A stretch of 64,000 nucleotides of DNA from Leucoraja erinacea (lineage: Eukaryota), in NCBI RefSeq assembly GCF_028641065.1, contig NC_073395.1, forward strand, positions 35,402,001-35,466,000, given 5' to 3'. The translations under genes were made by a program, and so were the position numbers. The number at the start of each line of letters is the position of its first letter. The stretch's first letter is position 1. The notes under the pieces were generated by a model. That model was not told where the DNA came from, searched no databases, and worked only from the letters and a program-made list of their open reading frames with translations. Positions 39,901 through 52,010 of this stretch are shown here, piece by piece.

Positions 39901-40454
39901 AACATCTTCCTCCCCAACCCTCCCTCTTACCCCCCCCCCCCCCCCCATCCCTTTCCTCCACTAAATGTCTGTTAACCCATTCCATGGTTCACAACAAAAT
40001 ATCCTTCTTGGTCCCACACTGTCTCTAACCTGTTAACCTGTCAGCCTATCAGGGAATCTCATTGCCTGAGGTCATTTGTTGTCGGCCTCGGCTTGTCCTG
40101 TTTTTTTTTATCTCACTTTTTGCTAGGGTAGAGATGTCAAATACTAAAGGGTATAGCTTTAAGGTGAGAGGGGGAATATTCAAAGATGTGGGGCAAGGGG
40201 TGCCTGAATTGTGCTGCCTGGGGCAGTGGTGGAAGCAGACCTGATAGTAACATTTAACAAACATTTAGACAAGCATGAAAACAAGCAAAGAATGGAGGGT
40301 CATGGATCATAAGCAGGCAGATATGGTTAGTTTAATTTGGCATCATGTACGGCACAGACATTGTGGGGCCAAAGGGCCTAGTTCGTAATAGTTTGCATGC
40401 GTGTCATTCTTCAAAGCAGCGGTGTGAGGTCACAGAAACCTATAATGACCTAAC

Positions 40455-43400
40455 ATAGTAAGATTATCAAAGAGATACCAGTTTTTGATATGATCATAAG
40501 AGGGTGGGAGCGGAGGGCACGTATTCCCTCAACGTTCCTCCTCATAAAATACAGATCAAACTTCAAACTGGTAAGTTCTCGTTTAATCTTACTATTTTAC
40601 TTCGGAGTCACGTGAGTGACTACGTGAAGATTTCAAAGCTCTGTGACCTCATGCCGTGGAACGAGTCCATGCTTCACAACTGCCTTGGGTATTGGGAGAG
40701 AGCATCATTAGTTATTTTAAAACACACTTATACAAAGAGTTGTGTGGTATAACGAAAAAATATATAAATTCGGGCAAATTATATTGTTGAACGTAAAATG
40801 GTTTCCGAACACGATGATGGCTCCAAAAAAACTGGTTTATTATAAAACCTTTGGAAAATCCTTTCGGATGACCATCCTGCCATTCTGAGGATTTGGTCTG
40901 TGGGTACCTCTAGAATTTTTGCTGCGGATGTTGCTGCAGCCCTGGTGGAATGAGAGTTAAAAAACATTAGTGTCTATTCCTGCCATCTTTAGGACATATT
41001 TGAGCCACCTTGATATAGTTTGGGTCGTGACCCTTTTGTGCGGTTTCTTGTAAGAGATTAACAACGCCATTCTCTGACCTCGAATGCTCTTAGTATATTC
41101 TATGTATAGTTGGATGTGTCTTGCTATACACAGTCGTTCGTCATATGGGTATACCATAAATTCAAACACTTGACCCGATGAACCTGGTCTGTTTTCTTTT
41201 ATTAAATCCTGTATGACAAACACCAGTTTCTCGGGTGAGATGATCAGGGAGTCCAGGCTCAGTTTGCTTAATGGCTGGACTCGTTGTGCGGTAACTAACG
41301 CCATGAGCATAACCATCTTCATGGTCCGTTACTGAAGTGACAATGCTGTTATGGGCGACCAGCTCCTCAGCATGTTTAGAACGACACCCACCTCCCAGAT
41401 TTTGGAGTACCTGGTTTTAGGGGGATTACCATTGAATATGCCCCTCATGAGTTTTGTTACCAGGGGGTGTGTTCCCACCGTGTGCCGCTCCGTTCCTTGT
41501 GATAGGTAATTGGAGAGTGCACTTCTGGCACTATTGATGGCACTGTAGCTCCATCGATTATCATAATGGAGGCTTGTTAAAATTCCAATACGGCCAGAAT
41601 GTTCTTGGCCTTTTGGTCGAGGTTGTTGTCCAAGCAGTATATGCCCCATTTCGTGATGTGTCCAAGGTACTGCTTCCGTGTTGACAGTCTTTGTGCAGAT
41701 GAGATGAGATTCATCGTCCTGTCTGACAGCCCCATGCCGTGTAGTGGGTCTTTCAGACTCTACAAATCAACAAATCCATAGTCTTATAGCATGGATGACT
41801 GCCCCCAGTCACTGGATGAATTAATAAATTTGGCTATGTTCATGAGGGAACATGGTTCTAACACCATCCCCTGTATGACCGAATACCATGATTGAGTAGG
41901 CCAGTCGGGTACTATGAGAATCCCAGATGCCGAGTCTTGTTGAATTTTTTCCCTAGTACCCCATTGATGGGGCAGAACGGGGGAAATACATCACCCTATG
42001 GCTTTGTTTACGTAACAATGCCAAGCTGGTTTTAGAATTTTAGTAAATAATATTGGGGCTGATGTTTGCCCCTTTGGTAAGCTCTATATTGCCAAAGTTC
42101 CCCCCCCCCATCCAGTTAAATTGCAAACACCGTCTGTGATCCCCTCTGATGGGTACTGTATAGTATGTATCTTTTGAGTCAATGCCTGCCATATAGAAAA
42201 CCCAGCTGACACCAATTCTTTATCAGTAATAAGAGTATCCATCTTAAAATGAACATATTGAACGAATGTGTTTAGGGTTGAAAGGTCAATGATAATCCTG
42301 CAACCCCCATCTATTTGATTTTTAATAATATGTTTGCCAAAATTCTAATTTTCCATGAAAAGTATGCTCAATCACACAGGTGGCTTGTGTGTACAAAATT
42401 TGTAGCACCATGTGGGTTTAGATTGTTTGGTTTATAGTTAATAAAATGCCATTCTGGATCCATGTTGTACCCCTGTTTTGGGATGGTTAAATTAATCAGA
42501 TAACCCTGCAGAGTCCCTGCTGAGATTATATGATCATGGGAGTGATTTTACACCATACATAACTGTAGTGTTGCAAATTCCCCTCCCCCACCGTCGTGGG
42601 TCCCTTTTTTACAGAAGAACCACACCCACCTACCTCCATGGTTACCGGTGGTTGTGTTATTTCCTTGGTTTTTTGAAAAGGGGGTTCTGGTTTGATATCT
42701 CTTGTTCGGGGTTGTGTGGGAGGTTGAGGCTTCCGCATCTTCCAGGGTGGCCGTCCCTGGCCATACCCTAAAAAGGCTGCTGCGGGTTATATTGATTTCT
42801 GGCACTGCCACTGGTATGAGCCACATTTTTATGGCCTTGCATGTGGCTGGTATCGTGCTCCAAAATAGGCCCTTGCGCTGGCCTTGATGAGCCCCAGTGT
42901 CTTGGCTTCGTCCACACACGGTTCTTTGTTTGCAAATGGTAGCATTTTAGGGGTCCAGTGCTGGCTGAATGGCAGCCTTCCACATGTAGTTCAGCTCATA
43001 TTGCATATTACTAAAACAGAGCTAGTGCGTCTTGATGGTCTTTGGTTACCTCTGTTTAGTCCAGGGTGCGGGTGTATGCTGTGATCCCTTCCGTCAATCC
43101 CTTTAAGGTTTTCTGGATCTTGAGGTCCTGGTTCCTGATGTTCCTCCCCATATGCTGCCAAATGCATTGGTTTACACTGGGCACCTGTAATGCCTCACCG
43201 TTGCCAGGTGGCAGATGTCTGGCCAGTCTCTGTAAATATTTCTTGTTGGAGTTTGTGGCCAGACATATAGTTAATACTATTGCCATCCTGGATCCAAGTC
43301 TACCCCTGTTTGACTTGGTTTAAAGTAATCAGCCACCATGTCCAGCAGAGTCCCTGCTGTGTTAGGATCATGGGACGCTGTATTACCAGGCTCTGGCCCA

Positions 43401-45327
43401 TCAGGGTCCTGCCTACTCTTTTTTATAGAGTTAGAGATCTCTAGGGGTCCCGCACGGGGTACCCATGTGGGGCTTACCTCCTGCCCACTGTGGCTAGTCT
43501 CCACATCCATGTGACTGCTACTGTGAAGGAGCTCCTTTTTTCCCCCCGCTGTTTCCGTCCCCCGTACACACGGGCACTGGTTTGCGGGTTTTCCTCGCCC
43601 TACCGCTGACCGCACCGGTCTTGTATGTAGGTCCACCTCTCCACACGGTCCCGGTACTCACAGGCACCTGTGCTGGCTGCTGTCATGCTGCAGCCACTCG
43701 TACCGGCTTCCTCCAGCGGGGGCTAGCGGGTCCACGCCGTCTCCGTACTTCCAGCGCCATGGACCCATCTAATACTTTAACCAAAGGATTAATAAACAGA
43801 TTTTTATGAAAAAACATAGAAATTAGGTGCAGGAGCAGGCCATTCAGCCCCTCGAGCCTGCACCGCCACTCAATTCAATGGGGTCCGTGGGGTTGTACCC
43901 GATACGTCTGGATTTTGCTGTGTAGGCGGTCAAAACCCGGCTCCAACGCTCTCAGCGCTCCTGGCTGCTCGTTTATCTCAGACCGCTGGGACCGACCCCG
44001 GTACTCACGGTACTGGTCCCTCGCGGTCGTTGCAGCCGGTCAACCCCACTCCAATGCCCTCAGTTCTGGGCACTCCTGCTTATATGGTCCTTAGATAAGG
44101 GACGTATCAGATATTAAAACTGATAATAAACAGATACTATACTTGATCTTAGCCAAAAGGCCAAGAAGCGATCTCTGTAACTAAAAAACCCGCTGGGACC
44201 GACCCCGGTACTCACGGTACTGGTCCCTCGCGGTCGATTGCAGCCAGTCAACTCCACTGCAATGTCCTTAGTTTGTGAGCCTCGGCGCTGGCCGGTAGCG
44301 CTGCTTCAAGCCAGACTCGCTTCCAAAGCGAGACTGGCATACTGGCCGAGAAATGAATTTTCCCCTGGTGCGGGAGCGAAGTCGGGCACAGGTGTTTTCC
44401 CTCTCCGGGAATCGATGTGCCGTTGCTGCTCCTGCCGCTGCCGGCCGCCGTGCCGTTGCTGCTCCTGCCGGCTGCCGTTGCTGCTCCTGCCGGCTGCCTG
44501 CACTCCGCGGTTCTCCCGCCAGCTTTCTGCAGCTTACATGGACCCGGTCCATGTCTGCACCTAAAGGGTAAGTGGAAGGAACGCAGAGTCTCTTACCTGC
44601 TGTTCCCGACTTTCAATTCTCCCGCTGGTGAACGTCGTTCCCTGCGTGTCGGGTTCGAGCCGCTCGGACCGACCCCGGTGTTCACGGGACTGGTCCCTCG
44701 CGGCAGTTCCGCAGTCGGTAAAACCCGGCTGTTCGTAGGGACCCCTTGGACCAACCCCGGTGCTTACCGTTTGAAGAAGGTTTTCGGCCCGAACGTCCCC
44801 AGTTCCTTTGCTCCATTAGTGCCGCTGCACTCGCTGAGCTTTTCCAGCCCTCCTGTGTACCCCCGGTACTTACAGCACTGGTCCCTGCTCTCTGTCCTGC
44901 AGCCTCGGCGCTGGCCGCTAGCGACTGCTCCAAGCCAGTCTCGCTTGAGACTGGCATACGGGACGTCTTTGCTTTGCTTCCCGCCCGGCCGAGAAGTGAA
45001 TTTTGCCGGTGCGGGAGCGAAGTCGGGCACAGGTTTTTCCCCTCCAGGAAACTGGTGCCGTTGCTGCTCCTGCCGGCTGCTCGCACTCCGCGGGTCTCCC
45101 CGCCAGCTTTCCGCAGCCTTCATGGATCAGGTCCATGTCTCCACCTAAAAGGTAAGTAGAAAAAAGGAACGCAGAGTCTCTTACCTGCTGTTCCCGACTT
45201 TCAAATTCTCCCGCTTGGGGAACGTCGTTCCCCCTGTGTGACTTGTTGCAATGCGTGTAGCGATATGACATGCATGCGTTGGAAGCGGGTTCTTCACGTA
45301 GTCACTCACGTGACTCCGAAGTAAAAT
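40455..45327 (-). mobile_element. DIRS-type tyrosine-recombinase retrotransposon, internally deleted and rearranged, in TWF1 intron 5
   Basis: On -: gag-like (VPSVNQCIW..RNQDLKIQK); RT remnant DGGCRIIIDLSTLNTFVQYVHFKMDTL (about 42235-42312); methyltransferase-like GILIVPDWPTQSWY (about 41885-41927); YR (SAINSARSALS; LMALVTAQRVQ; TISRWLK; HSTRAAATS..AGWSS..FQRFY). Perfect 37-bp inverted match 40594-40630 / 45291-45327, plus an adjacent imperfect match to the other end (about 40455-40495): an internal complementary region. Confidence 0.9.
44081..44172 (-). pseudogene. U2 snRNA 5' fragment (about nt 1-90)
   Basis: Minus strand ATCGCTTCTTGGCCTTTTGGCTAAGATCAAGTATAGTATCTGTTTATTATCAGTTTTAATATCTGATACGTCCCTTATCTAAGGACCATATA matches the U2 5' domain. 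It stops before the Sm site and has a substitution in the GTAGTA branch-recognition sequence. Confidence 0.92.
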
Positions 45328-45509
45328 CCTAATTTTCCTTGTAGTACTTCATTTTGTTTAGTTAAATCTGTTTCCCTATTATTGATCTACCTGCCAAGCA
45401 AAATGGGTGTATTTTGTTTAATTTGTGTAGGTCTCTCATAATTTACATAACATGATTAAAAACTCTATGTCCGTTATTTAAAAAAAAACTAATCTATCAC
45501 AGCTAGAAT

Positions 45510-46260
45510 ACATAAGGTCATAAGTGATTACAGCAGAATTAGGCCATTCAGCCCATCAAGTCTACGCCATCATTCAACCATGGCTGATCTATGTCTCCCT
45601 CCAAACCACATTCTCCTGCCTTCTTCCCCTATCCCGACATCTGTACTAATCAAGAATCTATATATCTCTGCCATAAAAATATCCATTGACTTGGGCCTCC
45701 ACAGCCTTCTGTGGCAAAGAATTCCACAGATTCATCACCCTCTGACTAAAGAAATTCCACCTCATCTCCACCATAAAGGAACGTCCTTTATTTCTGAGGC
45801 TATGACCTCTGATCCTAGACTCTTCCACTAGTGGAAACATCCTCTCCACATGCACTCTACCCAACAATTTCGCTATTCGGTAAGTTTCAATGAGGTCCCC
45901 TCATCCTTCTAAACTTCAGTGAGTAGAGGCCCAGTGCCAAGCCTGACAACAGTTAGACTTTCTGGAGCCCTTGAGGTATCCAGTCTTTCTCCAGTGAGGT
46001 GACTAGAACTGAATGCAGTCCATCGGTTGTAGCATATTTCAGTAGTTCTTGCATGATCACACTGCTCTTGCAGTTCATGGCTTGGCCAACAAAGGCAACA
46101 ATCCCTTGTGTCCTTTTAACTGAAGAGCAGTGAACGTTCCTTCCAAAATACCTGTTATTCAAAACCATACTCTTGTTCTTTGGTGTGACCTGCCTTTATT
46201 TGTTTCCTTTCCCAAGTGTATTACTTTGAACTTCTCTGGATTGAATTGCATTTGTTACGT
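45510..46260 (-). mobile_element. CR1 LINE fragments
   Basis: RMFPLVEESRIRGHSL...FFSQRVMNLWNSLP on -; degraded further right. Confidence 0.8.
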
Positions 46261-46484
46261 AGACTCCTCATAACTCCATTGATGGGAACGCAATTATGTG
46301 CAAGTTTCCCTCCCAGTTGCATGTCATCTTGACTTGGAAATATAAACCTGTTCCTTAGACTTAACAATGCCTTGGCTATCAGGATGTGCAAAAAATACGA
46401 TGTTTGGCAGCAAAATCCACACCTCATGAATGGCTGTCGGAAAATAAAAATACATTGGTAAACCACTTGTTATATTTTTGGCAG

Positions 46485-46610
46485 GAGGACACTGAAATCT
46501 TTGTAGAAACTAAACGACCAACATTGCAAGGAGTAGCCTTTCCTTTGCAGGAAAATGCTGTACAGGCCCTGGAAAAACTCCAACACAAAGAGCTGAGCTA
46601 CGTCCAACTT
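46485..46610 (+). CDS. TWF1: Twinfilin-1 exon 6
   Basis: ttggcag|GAG ... CTT|gtaagt; [42 protein letters not shown]; 126 nt. Confidence 0.93.
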
Positions 46611-46734
46611 GTAAGTATTTGTGTGAATGGACTGCTTAATTTTTTTAAATCTACATGTTGTTCTCTATGGAAATGATAATGAAGAAATGATAATGTTTTG
46701 TAGTACTGCTGATACAGCAAAATAACATTAGCAG

Positions 46735-47250
46735 TCACAGCCATTGCCTGGTCCACTAGAGGTACTGACCTCCCCACCATCAAAAGGTTCTGTACGAGGC
46801 ATTGCCTCGAAAAAATGCAGCCAATATCGTCAAAGACCCACATCACTTTGCACATGCTCTCATTTCATTCCTACCACCAGGAGGAAGGCGTACATAATCA
46901 ACGACTCGTCCCACCCCCGTCATTCCTCCTCCTTCCCACTTCCATCGGAAAAAAGGTGAAGAAGCTTGAAAAGGTGCACCACCAGACCTGGGAACAGCTT
47001 CTTGCCCCCTGTGATCAGGCTTTTGCTCAGTCCTTCCATATGCTACTGTCCAATTTACCTCTTCCTATTGCGGACATTGGACTTTGTCCATGGGACTTGT
47101 GCGCTACAATGCTGAGAACTATGTTCTACACTTTATCTTTCATTTGCTCTACCTATTGTATATGAGTTGACGATTGTATTTGTGTTTAGTATTATCTGGT
47201 CTGAATGGGTATCATAACGTTTTTCACTGTACCATGGTACACATGTACAC
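46735..47250 (+). mobile_element. Rex1-type LINE 3' fragments
   Basis: Remnants of DLPTI..CLEK.ANIVKDP and DSSHPRHSSSFPLPS, like 32079-32405. Confidence 0.65.
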
Positions 47251-48039
47251 TTAACAAGAATAAACCCATATCCAAAGTATGATAAGAACCCAGGCCTTTT
47301 TACAATTTGTGGATATCTTAATTCATTGATCATTTTACTTCCCATTTTCTGCACGGCCTCAAGGCTGCCTGTCCTTGCCGTATTCCAAGAATCCTGGTGG
47401 TTTGTACAGAAACGTTTGTATTATCTCTCCTGTGGTTACACATTGTAAAAACATGGTTGGTTTTCTTTACTTTTGTTTTCACAATCAGTTGACCGTTAGT
47501 ATCCAATAAAATCTTCAGTTTTTTTCTAAAGCATGGAGAGTTTGTTTGTTTGTTCTTTTCTTCCTTCTATTTTCATCATGATTTTGGCTGTGTTTAAGTA
47601 TCTGATTTCATTTTGCTATACTTCAGCTTCCCTTTCCATCTTCCAAATCTCTTAAAACTTTGCTTGCTTTCATTGTCAGAAAGTTTGATTTTGTTTTTCT
47701 CCAGGTACAAATTATTGCCACATATTGAGCTTGTGTTGATGTGACCACACGTGCTGTCGCCCTAGACATAGGAATTGGTTAAACTGTGGATGAAGGGCTT
47801 CCCTTAAATTGCTTTCAACTTTGTAATGCTTGTGTCATTTGAAAATAAAAGCTTTAAAAGTACAACATGCAATTAAAATATATATCACATTTGCGGAATT
47901 TATACTGTCAGCAGTATCTACCATTTCCTTTAAATTCAATAAATTAGTTATGCAAGGTCATCTGCTCTCACCAGAATGTGTTTCCTACTCATTGTTGTTA
48001 TAATTGATTAATCAATGCACCACCTCTTTTTGTTGGCAG

Positions 48040-48190
48040 GAAATAGACTTCAATCATGAAAGTATAGTGTTGGCTGATGCATCCCATACGGAGATAGTGG
48101 ATTTACCAATGCGTGTACCAAAGGATTCTGCACGATATCATTTCTTCCTCTATAAGCACTCGTACGAAGGAGACTACAGGGAGTCTATAG
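48040..48190 (+). CDS. TWF1: Twinfilin-1 exon 7
   Basis: ttggcag|GAA ... ATA G|gtacaa; [50 protein letters not shown]; 151 nt. Confidence 0.95.
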
Positions 48191-48706
48191 GTACAATGTC
48201 TTCGCTAGTGTTGATTTCATTGTAAACTTGGAAACTCATCTTGCAGTTATTTGTTGGACCTTGAAATGCCTATTGTTGAATCCACAAAATAATAAAATCT
48301 CCTACACAAAAAACGCTTCCAAGGGGGACTTGATTTTATTGTAAATGCTCTTTCTCTCCTGCTGTTGCCTTTCTTAATATTTTTACTGGAACGTCTTTTA
48401 TCAAAGTTGGTTCAATATAGGTCGATCTCGAGTTCCTGTCATTGTTACTGCATCATGAGTTCACAGGAAGTGCATGTTTTGAAGTCGGATTTGATTCTAT
48501 CATGTTTCTTTCATGGCAGCAACCAAGTACAAATATTCAACGACCAAATGACAGATCTTTATTAATAACGGAAATAATCGTACGAGGAAGCATTCTCTGA
48601 ACTGGCTGACATCATTAATCCCTCACACTAATTGTTCTCATTATTGAATACATTATAATTAAGTTGTAAATTGTTTCTTTAAACATAAATATTTTTTGTT
48701 TTCCAG

Positions 48707-48828
48707 TGTTTATATATTCTATGCCTGGCTATACCTGTAGCATTCGAGAACGAATGTTATATTCCAGTTGTAAGAATTCCCTTATTGATATGGTGGAAAA
48801 ACAGCTTTCACTGGAAATAACTAAAAAG
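48707..48828 (+). CDS. TWF1: Twinfilin-1 exon 8
   Basis: ttccag|TG ... AAG|gtaaaa; (V)[48 protein letters not shown] is TWF1-type (TWF2 has GYKCSIKE). Confidence 0.95.
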
Positions 48829-49221
48829 GTAAAAACAAATGAAGTGTTTCAGCTCATTTGTAGCAGTTTGCAATTACCATCTCTACAATTCTTTAGCAAC
48901 CAAGAAAGTGCCAACAATCTCCCAATCCTTCCTCCATCAAAAACATGTGGGAATAGCTCGCATGGTCCTTGAGTTCTCTCTGGCATTTAATTAGTTATTA
49001 ACTGAATCTGTATCTATGTCTTGATTTAAATCTAAATAACTTATAACCTGCTATCATGTATATCTCTCCCTTCAATGATATATTTAGTCCGATCATGTGG
49101 TCTTGAAATAATTTATTTGTTAAAAATGTCCTTCTTATCCTCAAATCTGCTTGAATGTATCATATTTTTCCATTTGTAAAATTAAATGGTGTAACCGAGT
49201 GGTTCACCTCTGTGCTTTCAG

Positions 49222-49389
49222 ATTGAAATCGGCGACGGCAATGAGTTAACCCCTGACTTCTTATATGAGGAAGTACATCCAAAGCAGCTCGCACACAGAC
49301 AAATATTTGCAAAACCAAAGGGCCCTGCAGGCAAGAGGGGAATAAGGCGATTAATACGAGGGCCAGCAGAACCTGACAAAACTGATTAA
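49222..49389 (+). CDS. TWF1: Twinfilin-1 exon 9 (last; capping-protein-binding tail)
   Basis: tttcag|ATT; [55 protein letters not shown], stop TAA at 49387-49389. Confidence 0.96.
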   Translation: MEIGDGNELTPDFLYEEVHPKQLAHRQIFAKPKGPAGKRGIRRLIRGPAEPDKTD

Positions 49390-50327
49390 AAATAGTATAT
49401 CTTCGAAGATCTTGCTTTTTTAAGGCTTAATAGGTAATACTTTTGTATACTGTGGCCATTCTATATCATTTTACATCCAATCTATTCTATTTTGTTATAT
49501 TTTGCTTATCTTGTTCATCATGTCTGGAGTATTGAATTAATTTCTGTAATTACGCTTTTTCGTTTGGGTGTTGGTCAGATGTTTGGCATCCCTAGTTTTT
49601 CTCACTAGCTCGGTTCCTGAAGATGCTATTGCTCTTACTGTGGTAAAAGATCAAAGTTGCAAGTTTGAATGCAAACTACAGCTGAGATATAGTTTGCCAC
49701 ACTGATGTTTTTATCAAACTTATAGTGAAAACTTAATATGCTCAGTGCAAGCTACCAAACTGGACTTTAATTTGACCATAATGCCAAGTTTCTCTCTTTT
49801 TCTCATCATTAATGCTGTCAAGTTGGATGAAACTAAATAGGACCCAAAATAATTCTTAAATATGCTATATTGAATTCAACCAAGCAGTACACATTGTTCA
49901 GTTGTGCATTTCATATACATTTGCATGCTGGTGATAATTCAATTTGTTTTTTTGCTCCAATTGGATGCTGAAGCCTTGGATAAAGTGAATGCTAATAATT
50001 TCAAACCATATGTCTCTAGTCACCTTTGTAATTACAACAGAAGGAAATCAATTGCCCAAAATTACATTTGTTAAGTGACATCACCAGCATGTCTTATCTA
50101 AACCCTTTATCCATTTACCAGATCGATGATCATTATTATTCTGATCGTTGATCAGTCGGGTCAATCCCAGCAAACTCAAATGAAACGGGATTGAGTTGAT
50201 CTCTAGAATTGCTAAAACCCTCCAAGCTTCCTTTCAATCACAACAGAGATCTGGGTCACGAATTTTGGGATACCTAGATTCCCAACATATACCATCATTA
50301 ATAATGAGGATGAATGTAAAATGTTTT

Positions 50328-50333
50328 AATAAA
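50328..50333 (+). terminator. Candidate polyadenylation signal of TWF1
   Basis: AATAAA about 940 nt after the stop codon, in an AT-rich, repeat-poor 3' region. Confidence 0.35.
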
Positions 50334-52010
50334 ACTACTATGACTGCATCCAGTATGGTTCTCTGTGACAGTTTATTTAAAATCAAGGTATAATCCAATA
50401 GAGGCATTACAAAAACCTTGAAAATCTATAATGTCTGCATGGGTTTCAATCTGCCCTTGCCTAAATGCACATAGCTGAAACTGATGCAACACCTTTGTTA
50501 AATGTAATACAGGTACTTGTATAATGGGAAAATCATTTATTTAGTATCAAACGATTTATGAAGAACCAATGCCTTCATATTAGTTATGATGCTCAGATTA
50601 TTATTTAATTGACTACTGTAATATTCTAATTGCAGATTACAATGTTTTTGTTTTTAAATAGTTTTACATGTTTTTGTTTTTAAATAATTAATTAAGACGT
50701 AATGCCAAACCTGGTCAATAACTTGGATCTCATTTTAATTTGTCTGAAGTTTAGGTTAGACGTAATATTTAATTACTTTTTCAAAATCTCAAATAATGGA
50801 ATATTGTCATGTTTGACATAAATTCAATTCCTTCACATTCCTCAAACATTTTCCATACCATTAGTATGTCAATACTACTTTTAATAGACAACGACCTCAA
50901 TGTTATGAAATGATTGCCTTTTCTGAATTTATTCCTGTTTAGAAAACTGGGTCAAATTAACCCTTCCTCGTTTAGTATTTTAATAACAGTGAGGATAAAA
51001 ATTCAAATATTGGTGATGACTCAATTGAGGAGATGATTTGAAGCAAGGCAGCTCTTTGTCCAAGTTATTATCAGGAATGACCCCTCAAAATGTCCCAGCA
51101 AAGAACTTGAAATATTGGTGACCTTTTCAAAAAGAAATATTCTAATATCAGATTTGCGAGACATGATTTCTCAAGCACAATACGAGCTAAATGATCCCTC
51201 CTGTGATATTGATAATTTTCTCACAGCATCAACTGCACATATGCATAAGACTTGGCAATATTACCATATTTTTGTTAATCAAGTTGCTGCATTGTTTGCC
51301 AGACCCATTAACTTGTACCTTGCACTGGCGTGAGGTCACTTGTGACGTGGGACTCAATTAGGCTAGGTAATTATGAGGTGGAAATAGGGTGTTGGCAACA
51401 ATCTAACGTTGGAAATCACTCACTGGAAATTTGTCATTTCCACTCCCCCCCCCCCCCCCCCCCCCCCCCCCACCACCTTTTTTATATTTACATATTTGTA
51501 TCATTTCCACGGCACATCTTTCTACATCTAATCAGCAGCTGTAATAGAAAGAGATTCTTTAAAGTCTGCCTTCCTCTTGTCCAGCATAGAAGAGGTACCA
51601 GTTACATTCTTTTCACAGAAACCCACTTCTCTTACTATTTTTCTTGCCTTTCACAATGAAAGTCGCAGGATAAAATGAACTATAGTAGCATGGTTAGAAA
51701 CTGCCAAAGTAATGGGAAGTAGAGTGCAGTATAGTAACCTTTTTTAAATGGAAGAATCTAGTTTGGTTAATATTTATTAATGATTTAAAAACTTGGGTGT
51801 ATAGAATTCAATTTGCAAATGACTTACCATACTAAAACAAGGTGAACTAGGGCTTGATATTTTTTATCCATATTGTATTTTATGAGAATATTATTTGGTC
51901 TGAAGTGTGATTAATATTGCACTTGTTAAATAATCAGGTTTAAAATTTTGTTCTGATTACACTTCACCTGTTGCTGTAAAATTCAACTCTGGAATGCAAA
52001 GTAATAGTTA

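Noticed and set aside
40779-41649. Phage integrase or bacterial contamination
   Set aside because: The tyrosine recombinase is linked to DIRS gag, RT and terminal structures inside a spliceosomal intron.
44081-44172. Functional U2 snRNA gene
   Set aside because: Lacks the Sm site and 3' stem-loops, has a branch-recognition substitution and insertions, and no recognisable snRNA promoter.
45145-45184. Tiny GT-AG intron on the minus strand in the DIRS leader
   Set aside because: At 40 nt it is too short for a vertebrate spliceosomal intron; the donor more likely pairs with a distant acceptor.
13788-49389. Calling the gene TWF2
   Set aside because: [18 protein letters not shown] and [18 protein letters not shown] match TWF1 rather than TWF2.
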